A DNA stretch of 64,000 nucleotides from Candidatus Dadabacteria bacterium (GTDB lineage Bacteria; Desulfobacterota_D; UBA1144; Nemesobacterales; Nemesobacteraceae), in the NCBI GenBank assembly GCA_009840385.1, contig VXNX01000009.1, positions 101,585-165,584 of the forward strand, written 5' to 3'. Under the pieces are notes generated by a model that was not told where the DNA came from, did no database searches, and saw only the letters and a list, made by a program, of their open reading frames with translations. The first letter of the stretch is position 1. Each line of letters begins with the position of its first letter. Of this stretch, positions 42,194 through 51,306 are shown piece after piece. The translations under genes and the position numbers were made by a program.

Positions 42194-42697
42194 ATGGGTG
42201 GTAAATACTCAGGTGGTGGCAGTCTAAGCCCAGAACACCTAGAAGAACTTGAGCAGAGTGCCAAGAAATCCATAGAAAAAGGGGTATCTGGAAAGGTAAA
42301 TGCGTTCATAAGCTTTGATTCTGAAGACCTCAATGAAGTTAACTTGCTGCGCGGTCAAGCCAAAAACGAGAATACCGATATCGAATTCAATGATTGGTCG
42401 GTTAAAGTACCCTTTAACAGCGAAAGAGCTGAGTACATTCGACGTCGTATCCGGGAACGTATCAGGCAGTGTTCAGTCACAATTGTTTATGTTTCCGAAA
42501 AGACAGCCAGCAGCAAGTGGGTTGATTGGGAAATAAGAGAGAGCCTTGCTATGGGTAAAGGAGTTGTTGCCATGCACAAAGGTTCTACACCACCCAGACA
42601 ACTTCCAAAAGCGATTAAGGAAAATAATATTCCCGTTGTGCCTTGGAACCAACGGGAATTGGCAAAAGCTATCAAAAAACAGTCGGAAAACCGATGA
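42194..42697 (+). CDS. TIR-like domain protein (DUF1863/ThsB-like)
   Basis: KVNAFISFDSEDLNEVNLLRGQ...CSVTIVYVSEKTASSKWVDWEIRESL fits the DUF1863 TIR-like pattern. Confidence 0.5.
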   Translation: MGGKYSGGGSLSPEHLEELEQSAKKSIEKGVSGKVNAFISFDSEDLNEVNLLRGQAKNENTDIEFNDWSVKVPFNSERAEYIRRRIRERIRQCSVTIVYVSEKTASSKWVDWEIRESLAMGKGVVAMHKGSTPPRQLPKAIKENNIPVVPWNQRELAKAIKKQSENR

Positions 42698-42716
42698 GTG
42701 AAACCCAAAGGTAAAT

Positions 42717-43460
42717 ATGAATATCGATCTTAATAACATAAACCATTTGCCGGAGGCTGAGCAGCATAAGCTTGAATCAATTAGAGACTTGTGCCATCAA
42801 GAAGAATACTCCCAAGAATTAGTCAGACATAGTCGGGTACAGCCATTAGTTCGGGAACTAAATGATTTTTGCATGTCTAATCGAGTTATTGGAATTCACT
42901 ATACTCGTGCAAACAAGACAAGCATAGTTAAGTACGGGTTATTGTGCCGTTCTGGTGATGAGATCAGGGAAACTTTTCTTGAAGAACACGGGAAGCTCTT
43001 TACAGATGAGGAGATATCCAAACTAAAAAGCACTTGGGATAGCACCTATTGTAAAGAAGAGGCTAGTAACCGAGATTTCATGATTTTTTTTAATTTTATT
43101 ATTACCGAAAATCCTTTACATAATGCGGCTACAGAGGATCTCCTGAACCACTATGGAGGTGAACAAATTCCAATATGCTTTTGTCAACCTCCTTTGTTCA
43201 TACAGGGCGGCACCAATAAAAAATGCTCAATCTGCAAGAAACTAAACCAAATAGGTGAACCATTATTAGTTAGATGCTCATTAGACCCCAAAACAGTTAA
43301 TACTTTTACCGAGAATCCATGGGGGAAGATTTTAGTTTCCTCATTTCATGTTGAAGTTAATCCCGAAGCTTGTCGCATAGACCAAGATGGTTATATTAAG
43401 AAGCCAGTTTCCCCTCAGAACATTCTTGAAGTTAAATTACTAACAGATAGTTTCAACTAA
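42717..43460 (+). CDS. hypothetical protein with paired-Cys (possible zinc-ribbon) motifs
   Basis: ICFCQPP...KKCSICKK Cys pairs and no recognisable family. In operon with queC and TIR-like genes (19-nt gap). Confidence 0.3.
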   Translation: MNIDLNNINHLPEAEQHKLESIRDLCHQEEYSQELVRHSRVQPLVRELNDFCMSNRVIGIHYTRANKTSIVKYGLLCRSGDEIRETFLEEHGKLFTDEEISKLKSTWDSTYCKEEASNRDFMIFFNFIITENPLHNAATEDLLNHYGGEQIPICFCQPPLFIQGGTNKKCSICKKLNQIGEPLLVRCSLDPKTVNTFTENPWGKILVSSFHVEVNPEACRIDQDGYIKKPVSPQNILEVKLLTDSFN

Positions 43461-43497
43461 CTTTGGTATATCGCTCTTAACGGATAGCAGTATTTTT

Positions 43498-43902
43498 ATG
43501 GTTACCTTACAGGAGCAAAGCCTAGATTGGGCTCTTGCGCATGTGGAAACATTCGGAGACACGGATGTTTTTCCAATACCCTTTGAGTACGAAGCAATTC
43601 GTCATGATTGGGAGGCATTAAAATTTCAACTTGCCGGACAGGACCTCTTAAAATGGACAGTGCGGCCACTTCGAATCTTGCCGGCACCGAAAGCTCGATA
43701 CGGGTTTCGAATAATAACCCAACTTGACCCTTTAGATTTCCTATTGTTTGCTGCAACTATACGAGAACTCTGTACCTCGATAGAGTCCAAGCGTATCTCT
43801 CCATCCGTAGTGTGTTCGTACAGAGTGGCACCAACGGAGAATGGCCAACTTTTTGACCAAAACTACTGGCAAATTCTCATTTGGGAAGATGATCAAATAT
43901 AG
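43498..43902 (+). CDS. hypothetical protein resembling the N-terminal (motif 0-2) region of a reverse transcriptase, possibly truncated
   Basis: RPLRILPAPKARYGFRIITQLDPLDFLLFAATI resembles the RT IPKxxGxxRPI...D(R)..Q segment. Only 134 aa. Ends about 15 nt from the 3' end of the convergent PHP-ATPase gene. Confidence 0.25.
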   Translation: MVTLQEQSLDWALAHVETFGDTDVFPIPFEYEAIRHDWEALKFQLAGQDLLKWTVRPLRILPAPKARYGFRIITQLDPLDFLLFAATIRELCTSIESKRISPSVVCSYRVAPTENGQLFDQNYWQILIWEDDQI

Positions 43903-43916
43903 AGGGCATAATTTTT

Positions 43917-46900
43917 TTAGGATATTTGATATTTTAAACGCCTTTTAAGAAATGCTGGCTGTGAACCTTCCAAAATATCTACTATTTTTTGATTGATACT
44001 AGGGTTTTCAATCGCGCCTGTTTCATAACTGAATTTGTAATTTTCCGCCTTTTCTAATTTGACGCATATAATCTGTTCAGCATCAGCTCCGACGGCCAGA
44101 TTAGGATTGTGGGTTACTAAAACAACTTGCCTGCTCCTCTTAGCTTTTCTTATACACTGTGACAGAACTCTAAAAATACTCTCATTATCCAAATTATCCT
44201 CAGGCTGATCAATTATGAGAGGAATGGTTTCCTTATCAAGTTGGAGATAAAAAACGAGTAATAACAATCCCTTTTCTCCTGGTGATAGTTCATTAAGATT
44301 TTTGCCGCCTAATTGGAGCTCATATTTTGCCGTCACGTATTCCAACGAAAACATAAAATCGTAAAACTTTTTGCTATCCATAACCTGATCACGTATTAGA
44401 ACAGGTTCCTCGTTATATAACGACATTTCCTGAATCACTCTATCAAAAAATGCGTAAACTGATTCAAAATCGTTCCAATCAACTCCAGCAACTAAGTCCC
44501 TTAAAAGGTTCTGAGGTTCGTTTGTCCCATGGAAGTAACCACGTTTCTTTTTGTTAATAAGTTTCAAGAAATCATCAGCAAACGAGTTATCAGTTACAAA
44601 AGACGCTTTAATTTCAACTGCAAATTCGTCAGTCTTAACAGAGTCAAGTTTGGATTCAACGCTATGTTTAAGCTCGGAATAAAAATTCAGAATTTGTTTT
44701 TTACTTTCAAAAATGTCTTTAACAATCTTTTTTCGTCTCTCACGTGCTTGGGAAATTTCTTCACTTAATTCACGATCAATATATGTAATTTTTCCTCTCA
44801 AATATCTTGTGGTTCCTGATTTTGGATCATCCGCACCACCAAGTATTTCGTCCTTTTGGGCATTCCACACAGCTAATTTCTCTAAATAGCTTTGATATTT
44901 TCTTTGAGGAGTTCCTAATTTGTCCTTTAATTCATTTATTTCCTCGACTAGGTGTGTGATCCCGGATTTTAAATCAGGTAGAGTCTCAAAAAACTCTGGT
45001 TGGGCATCTTTCACAAAATCCAGATTGCTGTCACTTTCAAGTTTCTGGATTTTAGCTTCTACCATAATAATCTGATCCTCAATAGGTTTTGTATTAATCT
45101 TACTTGTAATTATTTTTTCAATATCAAGACCCAGTTCATCACAGATAATCTTTAGTTCAGATCTTTGCCTTTGGATGTGCGTTTCTAATGATGATACATT
45201 CTGCAAAAGTGCTTTTAGTTTTTGCAACAGGTCCTTCTTCTGGGTTAATTCATCAATAAATTTTCTTTCCTCAGATGCTAATTTCTTTCTGCGCAATTCA
45301 AGTTGCTCTATCCGTTCAGTCAACTCTTTTTGCTCTTCAGATTCTTCATCGGGTTTGCTTATCTCAGCAGGCTTGGCTTCCTCCAGCGAACTCAATTCAT
45401 CTTCTCTAGCTCTCAGCTCCCCCTCTAGCCTCTTCCTAAATAGAGGATCAGATTGTTCTTCTAAATCAACTATTCCAATGTTGAGTTCACGAAGTTTAGT
45501 TTTCAGCAGACTGGTTTCCTGCTTGCTTTGCTGAGTTTTAAACTCCTGCAAATCCTTAAATGTTGCCTTCCCCATACGATCAGTTTCTTCAACATGTGAA
45601 AAAACAACATTCTCTATTTCCCTGCGAAACTGTTGAATCTCTATTTCGTTTGTTAGTTGCTCAAAGTAGTTTTGTGGCAGGTAGCGAACGGCTTCAGGCT
45701 GGCTTTCATCAATATCCTCGTCCAGTTGCTTAGAAATAGTTGAACCGCTCTGCCACTTTAACTTCGCCGTAAAATTCTCTGAATATCCGCGTTGCCGAAA
45801 TTTTTTATTATCTTTCTTGTTTATAAGGAAAGAAAAATTGTTTTCCTGTCTGCTATTGCTCAAAAGGCCGATAATATCAACCAAAGCGCTCTTTCCATTC
45901 CCCTTGTTACCAATGATAACAACTAGTTCCGGGTTTAACTGGATATTCACTTTTTTAAACCAATAGCCATTAACTCCGTCGTATCCCTCTTTCTGGTCAA
46001 TTTCTAGCTCCTTCAGAAACTTTGTGGCTTGGTTAGATTTCCTTATCTCAACCTCTGGTTCAGAACCAATATGAACTCTCGCTTCAGGTTCAAAGCAAAT
46101 TTGTTCTAGGCCTCGAAACGTCAGATCCGCTTTAATCCATGTCGGCTCATATCCAGAGACATCTCCTCCTAAACGCTCCAAGTCGTCAAAAGAGTGAGCA
46201 TCGCTTGCAGAGACAACTGGTTTAGGCCGTGATTTACCGTCTTTATAGCGATCAGGTTGTAGAAACCAACCCCTGCTTTTAGAATCACCGAAAAATAAAT
46301 GACTTCCCTTGTCTATCTTGTCAGAAATCAAAACTTTTCGAGGTGCTCTGCTATCAGTACTCCTTATACCATCGTTTTTAGCTGGAAACGCAATAAGGTA
46401 AGGCCTTGTTTCTCCAAAAGTCTCTTCCAAAGCCTCTCTGAGTTCTTCGAAAGAGACGGTCGCTGCCTTATATTGTGATTGGGTTCTAAGTTCAGCACAC
46501 GAAATTCTTGCTCCAGTCTCCTTGTTAGCTGAAGTTTTAAGCGTTAACAAGAAACGATTTATCGAATCTTTCGAGCAAACCTCTGTGTCATTGTCAAAGA
46601 TCACATGAATGTTCGGGTTGCTATTTTCCGGGCTAATTGCTTCAACCAATCTAAACTCAATATTCGGGAAGAAAACTTTATCAGTTTCAGGATATTTCTT
46701 TTTATATTTTTCCAACAAAGAGAAATAGCCATCGGCACTAAAATAATCCGTAATGCCAAATGCTTGAACTAGGGATTTCTCTAAACAATCAATGTATTCA
46801 TCCCACACATTCTCTTCGTTCCCATAAGAGTCAGCTAACTTTGTTCCCGGCGTATGTATATGCAAATCCCAGCGTCGCCACTGAGAACCTTTTTTTGAAT

Positions 46901-46925
46901 TCAAGCTGCTCTTTTTCTTTGTCAT
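43917..46925 (-). CDS. PHP-domain phosphoesterase fused to a Rad50/SbcC-like SMC-type ABC ATPase
   Basis: N-terminal WDLHIHTPGT PHP metal-binding motif. Walker A IIGNKGNGKSALVDIIGL near aa 340. About 200 aa coiled-coil rich in E/K/L/Q. LSPGEKGLLLLVF signature. Walker B/D-loop PLIIDQPEDNLD and H-loop VVLVTHNP. 1002 aa. Confidence 0.65.
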   Translation of the reverse strand: MTKKKSSLNSKKGSQWRRWDLHIHTPGTKLADSYGNEENVWDEYIDCLEKSLVQAFGITDYFSADGYFSLLEKYKKKYPETDKVFFPNIEFRLVEAISPENSNPNIHVIFDNDTEVCSKDSINRFLLTLKTSANKETGARISCAELRTQSQYKAATVSFEELREALEETFGETRPYLIAFPAKNDGIRSTDSRAPRKVLISDKIDKGSHLFFGDSKSRGWFLQPDRYKDGKSRPKPVVSASDAHSFDDLERLGGDVSGYEPTWIKADLTFRGLEQICFEPEARVHIGSEPEVEIRKSNQATKFLKELEIDQKEGYDGVNGYWFKKVNIQLNPELVVIIGNKGNGKSALVDIIGLLSNSRQENNFSFLINKKDNKKFRQRGYSENFTAKLKWQSGSTISKQLDEDIDESQPEAVRYLPQNYFEQLTNEIEIQQFRREIENVVFSHVEETDRMGKATFKDLQEFKTQQSKQETSLLKTKLRELNIGIVDLEEQSDPLFRKRLEGELRAREDELSSLEEAKPAEISKPDEESEEQKELTERIEQLELRRKKLASEERKFIDELTQKKDLLQKLKALLQNVSSLETHIQRQRSELKIICDELGLDIEKIITSKINTKPIEDQIIMVEAKIQKLESDSNLDFVKDAQPEFFETLPDLKSGITHLVEEINELKDKLGTPQRKYQSYLEKLAVWNAQKDEILGGADDPKSGTTRYLRGKITYIDRELSEEISQARERRKKIVKDIFESKKQILNFYSELKHSVESKLDSVKTDEFAVEIKASFVTDNSFADDFLKLINKKKRGYFHGTNEPQNLLRDLVAGVDWNDFESVYAFFDRVIQEMSLYNEEPVLIRDQVMDSKKFYDFMFSLEYVTAKYELQLGGKNLNELSPGEKGLLLLVFYLQLDKETIPLIIDQPEDNLDNESIFRVLSQCIRKAKRSRQVVLVTHNPNLAVGADAEQIICVKLEKAENYKFSYETGAIENPSINQKIVDILEGSQPAFLKRRLKYQIS

Positions 46926-47096
46926 CTGTTGTTCTTACTCATTGCGACAGAAAACCAGCATTATATGGGGGTATATAGACCTAGCTCTTCGTTCTTTTCC
47001 ACTCGCTTCGATTGATTTTCAACACTTACCCACATGCGGCAACTCAGATTCAAAACTACGTACTAAAGTTTAACGATGGGCTTTGCAGAAAAGATT

Positions 47097-48410
47097 TTAA
47101 TCATCTCTCCAGCCTTTTACCTCAAAAGTAAACTCCCCGGTGTCAATATCCTTACCAAGAGAATTCCAGAAATCGCGGTAAAACAATCCAATGAGTTCCG
47201 AAATCTCTTCAGGATTGCCCAACGAATATCTGGGAAATTCTATCAAACTTGGCTGCAATATTGTTGGATACATAGTGTCTATATGCCTGTTATTAGATGT
47301 TATGTATGCAGAGTTTCCTATTGCTCGAATCTCTGCATCGAGAACATATTCGGCAGTAGGAACAAGTGCTTGGTTCCTGACTCGGTCAGCCCAAGCCACT
47401 AGATTAGCAAAGACAACAACTGGAAAACTCCGTGGAAGGTCAAGTTTGCCTCCCGAACCAGCAGCTCTAAGACATGAAACAAAACCTATCTCTATCAAGC
47501 CGTCACAGTGAAGTTCTCTATAGCTATTGTATAAGCGATTCGTGTTTCCAGGACCCCAATCAGATTCCTCTCTCGCCGCGCGCAACATAGGTCGACATTG
47601 AACACTTGCGGAAGAAATTCCCATATCACTCAGAACATAAGGTTCTTGGTTGTCTTGCTTAATATATATCTTTCGCCATGGTTCATTGAACTCACTTACG
47701 ATTGCACTTCGGTGAAAAACCCGGTCAATACGGATTTCATCTCCTATTGGCATGGCGGTAAATCGGATTCCATACGCATCCGTAGGAGTTTCAAGACATT
47801 CAAATTCCTCTTGAAAACGGTTGCGGCGCACTGAAAGCCGTTCATCTAAACGCTCAAGCCCCCGCGCCATGTTGAGTGTCATGTCCTGAATTTCCCGCAT
47901 AGTCATTTTTTCACATCGGTCAAACCGCCGCACGGGACAGACAAGGATTTTTGTAACCCGATGGGGTGCCAGCCGCGAGCGTCCGACACGTATTATAACA
48001 ACACCGCTCTTACCTTGAGTAGGCACAGCGAATATCTCAAGCCTTGGAAGTTGTGGTTCCACGCGGTCACGAAACACAAGTTTGAGACGTTCTGCTAATT
48101 CTTCGCATCGCGGAACCGGCGATATATCATCCGTGACGGCCGGTTTCTTATCAAGATCACATTCTTTGATTCCTAGAAATAAAGCTCCTCCATGCGCATT
48201 TGCAAAGGCGGTAACCTCTTCAAGTATTACATTCTTCGCCCGATCCCCGATTTCATTTCCACCGGACATCCATGGATCGAGAGCACCTTCCTTGGCTGGC
48301 AGGCTCTCCTTAAATTCTATATGTTCGCCTTCTGGAACCCTCGAATCAACAAACGATTTAATGTGAGAACTGTCGATTTGCTCTGAGGGCATGGAAAGCA
48401 ACTCAGTCAT
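47097..48410 (-). CDS. Schlafen/AlbA_2-domain protein (putative nucleic-acid binding, defense-associated)
   Basis: N-terminal EGEHIEFKESL...ILEEVTAFANAHGGALFLGI matches the AlbA_2 (Schlafen-like) domain. C-terminal about 280 aa uncharacterised. Confidence 0.5.
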   Translation of the reverse strand: MTELLSMPSEQIDSSHIKSFVDSRVPEGEHIEFKESLPAKEGALDPWMSGGNEIGDRAKNVILEEVTAFANAHGGALFLGIKECDLDKKPAVTDDISPVPRCEELAERLKLVFRDRVEPQLPRLEIFAVPTQGKSGVVIIRVGRSRLAPHRVTKILVCPVRRFDRCEKMTMREIQDMTLNMARGLERLDERLSVRRNRFQEEFECLETPTDAYGIRFTAMPIGDEIRIDRVFHRSAIVSEFNEPWRKIYIKQDNQEPYVLSDMGISSASVQCRPMLRAAREESDWGPGNTNRLYNSYRELHCDGLIEIGFVSCLRAAGSGGKLDLPRSFPVVVFANLVAWADRVRNQALVPTAEYVLDAEIRAIGNSAYITSNNRHIDTMYPTILQPSLIEFPRYSLGNPEEISELIGLFYRDFWNSLGKDIDTGEFTFEVKGWRDD

Positions 48411-48499
48411 TAAATTGGTACCTCAACCCGTATCAAAATGGCAGGTATGCACGCTTAAGTCAATCAAGATTTAATATTGTTAAGTCTAACGCCAAGCGA

Positions 48500-50419
48500 T
48501 TACTTCTGTTCGGTAAATTCGGCGTCTATAACATCGTCGCCCGAGGTGGAATTCCCCTGACCGGATGCAGAACTTTCCTGTCCACCATCCTCGGCGTCCT
48601 GCGCAGCTTCTTCCTGCTGCTTTTTGTACATCAGTTCCGCAAGCTTGTGAGAGACAGCGGTTATTTTCTCCGTTGCGAGATCGATTTTGCTTAGATCATC
48701 CGACTTAAGGGCTTCCCTTCCCTCTTCAAGAGCCTGCTCAAGTTCCTTTTTCTCATCCTCAGATAGGCCGTCGCCAAGCTCCTGGAAACTCTTGTCGGTC
48801 CTGTAGACGAGCTCGTCAAGCTGGTTTCTTTTCTGAACTTGCTCGCTTTTCTCCTTGTCCTTCTCGGACATCTTCTCGGCTTCCTCGACCATGGAGTCGA
48901 TCTCGTCACTGCTTAGCCCGCTTGAAGCCTCGACCTTCACTTTCTGCTCCTTCTGGGTCGCGTTGTCCTTGGCGGATACGTGGAGTATTCCGTCGGCATC
49001 TGTATCGAAGGTGACCTCTATCTGCGGAATGCCCCTTGCCGCCGCAGGAATTCCCGACAGAATGAACCTCGCAAGCGTCCTGTTGTCGGCAGCCATCTGT
49101 CGCTCTCCCTGCAGCACGTGAATCTCAACCGAGTTCTGGTTGTCCTCTGCCGTGGTGAATATCTGGCTTTTCTTGGTGGGAATGGTTGTGTTTCTCTCGA
49201 TAATGGTGGTCATGACCCCTCCGAGAGTCTCGATGCCAAGGGAGAGGGGAACAACATCTAAAAGAAGCATGTCGGTCACGTCTCCGCCGAGCACGCCCGC
49301 CTGTATGGCCGCCCCCATGGCAACTACTTCGTCAGGGTTTATTCCCCTGCTCGGATCCTTTGCGAAAAAGTCAGTCACGACTTTCTGGACAAGCGGGATT
49401 CTGGTCGATCCGCCGACCAGTATTACTTCGGCTATCTCGCCCGGGCGAAGCCCCGCGTCCTTAAGGGCCTGCTCGCAGGGTTTGAGGGTGCCCTTTATGA
49501 GATCCTCGATCAGCTGCTCGAACTTTGAGCGCGTTATCTTCATCACAAGGTGCTTTGGACCGCTTGCGTCAGCTGTTATAAACGGCAGGTTGATTTCCGT
49601 CTCAACGGTGTTTGAAAGCTCGATCTTGGCCTTCTCGGCGGCTTCCCTAAGCCTCTGCACGGCCATCTTGTCCACCCCGAGGTCTATTCCGGAATCCTTT
49701 TTGAACTCTGAGACGATGTAATCAATGACCCTCTTGTCAAAATCGTCTCCGCCGAGATGCGTATCGCCGTTTGTGGACTTTACCTCTATAACGTTGTTTC
49801 CTACCTCGAGCACGGATACGTCAAAAGTTCCACCCCCAAGGTCGTAGACGACTATCATCCCTTCCTTTTTCTTGTCAAACCCGTAGGCAAGCGCCGCGGC
49901 AGTCGGCTCGTTTATTATGCGTTTTACGTCAAGGCCGGCTATCTTTCCGGCGTCCTTAGTGGCTTGGCGCTGGCTGTCGTTAAAATAAGCGGGAACCGTG
50001 ATAACGGCTTCAGTGACTTCGGAACCCAGGTAATCCTCGGCAGCTTTCTTAAGCTTCATGAGCACGTGCGCTGAGACCTGCGGGGGGGAATACTGTTTTC
50101 CTTCTACCTCGACCCAGGCGTCTGACTTGCCCGACTTTACGACGCTGTAGGCAAGGCCATCCGCTTCGCTCGATATCTCCTCAAACCTTCTGCCCATAAG
50201 CCTTTTGGTAGAGTAGACGGTGTTCTCGGGGTTGGCCACGGCCTGGCGCTTCGCCGGTCCGCCGACCAGAACTTCTTCTCCGTCTTTTAGAAACGCAACT
50301 ACCGACGGGGTGGTTCTCGTGCCCTCCTCGTTGATTATCACTTTCGGCTCGCCGCCCTCAACGATTGCTACGCATGAATTAGTTGTTCCAAGGTCTATTC
50401 CTATTATCTTAGAAGCCAT
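48500..50419 (-). CDS. dnaK: molecular chaperone DnaK (Hsp70)
   Basis: [21 protein letters not shown] and [11 protein letters not shown] signatures, 639 aa. Confidence 0.95.
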   Translation of the reverse strand: MASKIIGIDLGTTNSCVAIVEGGEPKVIINEEGTRTTPSVVAFLKDGEEVLVGGPAKRQAVANPENTVYSTKRLMGRRFEEISSEADGLAYSVVKSGKSDAWVEVEGKQYSPPQVSAHVLMKLKKAAEDYLGSEVTEAVITVPAYFNDSQRQATKDAGKIAGLDVKRIINEPTAAALAYGFDKKKEGMIVVYDLGGGTFDVSVLEVGNNVIEVKSTNGDTHLGGDDFDKRVIDYIVSEFKKDSGIDLGVDKMAVQRLREAAEKAKIELSNTVETEINLPFITADASGPKHLVMKITRSKFEQLIEDLIKGTLKPCEQALKDAGLRPGEIAEVILVGGSTRIPLVQKVVTDFFAKDPSRGINPDEVVAMGAAIQAGVLGGDVTDMLLLDVVPLSLGIETLGGVMTTIIERNTTIPTKKSQIFTTAEDNQNSVEIHVLQGERQMAADNRTLARFILSGIPAAARGIPQIEVTFDTDADGILHVSAKDNATQKEQKVKVEASSGLSSDEIDSMVEEAEKMSEKDKEKSEQVQKRNQLDELVYRTDKSFQELGDGLSEDEKKELEQALEEGREALKSDDLSKIDLATEKITAVSHKLAELMYKKQQEEAAQDAEDGGQESSASGQGNSTSGDDVIDAEFTEQK

Positions 50420-50445
50420 TTAATTCCTCCTGATTTTTCTTCTTA

Positions 50446-51306
50446 TTAGGGGTAAATTTCAAGTTTTTCGGCCATGTATCCCTTGAGCTTCCCTATGGAT
50501 TCGGCCTGGATCTGCCTTACCCTCTCCTGAGAAATCCCGAGGTCCTGGGCTATTTCATGGAGTTTTCTTGGAGGTTCAGCGAAATACCTCTCGTTTACTA
50601 CCTTCTTCTGCCTCTCTGAGAGCATTTTAAGAGCTTCGCGCAGATTCTCTCTGGCAAGGCTGTCAAACCCGAGTTCGCCGAGCACCTGCTCCTGGTTATC
50701 CGACGGGTCAGGGAGCAACTCCCCGTAAGTAGCTGAGGAGTCGTCCCCGGCGGGACGTTCCGAGAGGGAAAGGTCTCTTTTGGAAGCGCGGACCTGCATC
50801 TCGGAGATTTCCTCTTCCTTAACGCCGAAATGGTCCGCGAGACGGCTTATGTCGTCGTCTTCCATGCGGGCGGCAGTTATCCCGAGCTTGCGCTTTGCCC
50901 CTTCTATTCTCTGGAAAAGCTTTCTCTGAGACTGCGTTGTTCCGATCTTCACGTTGCTCCAGAACTTCATTATATGGTTCTGAATCCTTACCCTGATCCA
51001 CCACACCGCATAGGATATGAGCCTATACCCCTTGTAGGGGTTGAATTTCTGAACGGCACGCATCAGTCCTATCGAGCCTTCCTGAACAAGGTCCATCATC
51101 GGAAAACCGTAAGATTTGTACTCAGAAGCGATTCTTACCACGAACCTTAGGTTCGACACTACAAGCTTGTTGGCCGCTTCAATATCTTCGTTTTCGTAAT
51201 ACCTGACTGCAAGCGCGTACTCTTCCTCTCTTGAGAGAAGTGGATGTTTTTCCATCTCTCGCATGAAAACTGAAAGAGAATCGCACGTTGCAACTGCCGT
51301 TTGCAT
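50446..51306 (-). CDS. rpoH: RNA polymerase sigma-32 factor (heat-shock sigma, RpoH-like)
   Basis: Sigma-70 regions 2 and 4 plus the RpoH box QRKLFQRI. 286 aa. Lies 26 nt upstream of dnaK. Confidence 0.75.
   Translation of the reverse strand: MQTAVATCDSLSVFMREMEKHPLLSREEEYALAVRYYENEDIEAANKLVVSNLRFVVRIASEYKSYGFPMMDLVQEGSIGLMRAVQKFNPYKGYRLISYAVWWIRVRIQNHIMKFWSNVKIGTTQSQRKLFQRIEGAKRKLGITAARMEDDDISRLADHFGVKEEEISEMQVRASKRDLSLSERPAGDDSSATYGELLPDPSDNQEQVLGELGFDSLARENLREALKMLSERQKKVVNERYFAEPPRKLHEIAQDLGISQERVRQIQAESIGKLKGYMAEKLEIYP

Larger units (their letters stand above)
35100..48460. other. low-GC accessory island 1 (defense-type gene content) between aceE and dnaK
   Basis: Visible drop in GC from about 35.2 kb to 48.4 kb. 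All genes inside are non-housekeeping (TIR, SLATT, GmrSD-like, TGT-like, QueC, PHP-SMC, Schlafen). No integrase or transposase. Confidence 0.6.

Noticed and set aside
48411-48499. Possible rho-independent terminator or att-like repeat after dnaK at the island-1 boundary
   Set aside because: Only a short imperfect GACTTAA direct repeat with no stable stem-loop followed by a T-tract. Not convincing.
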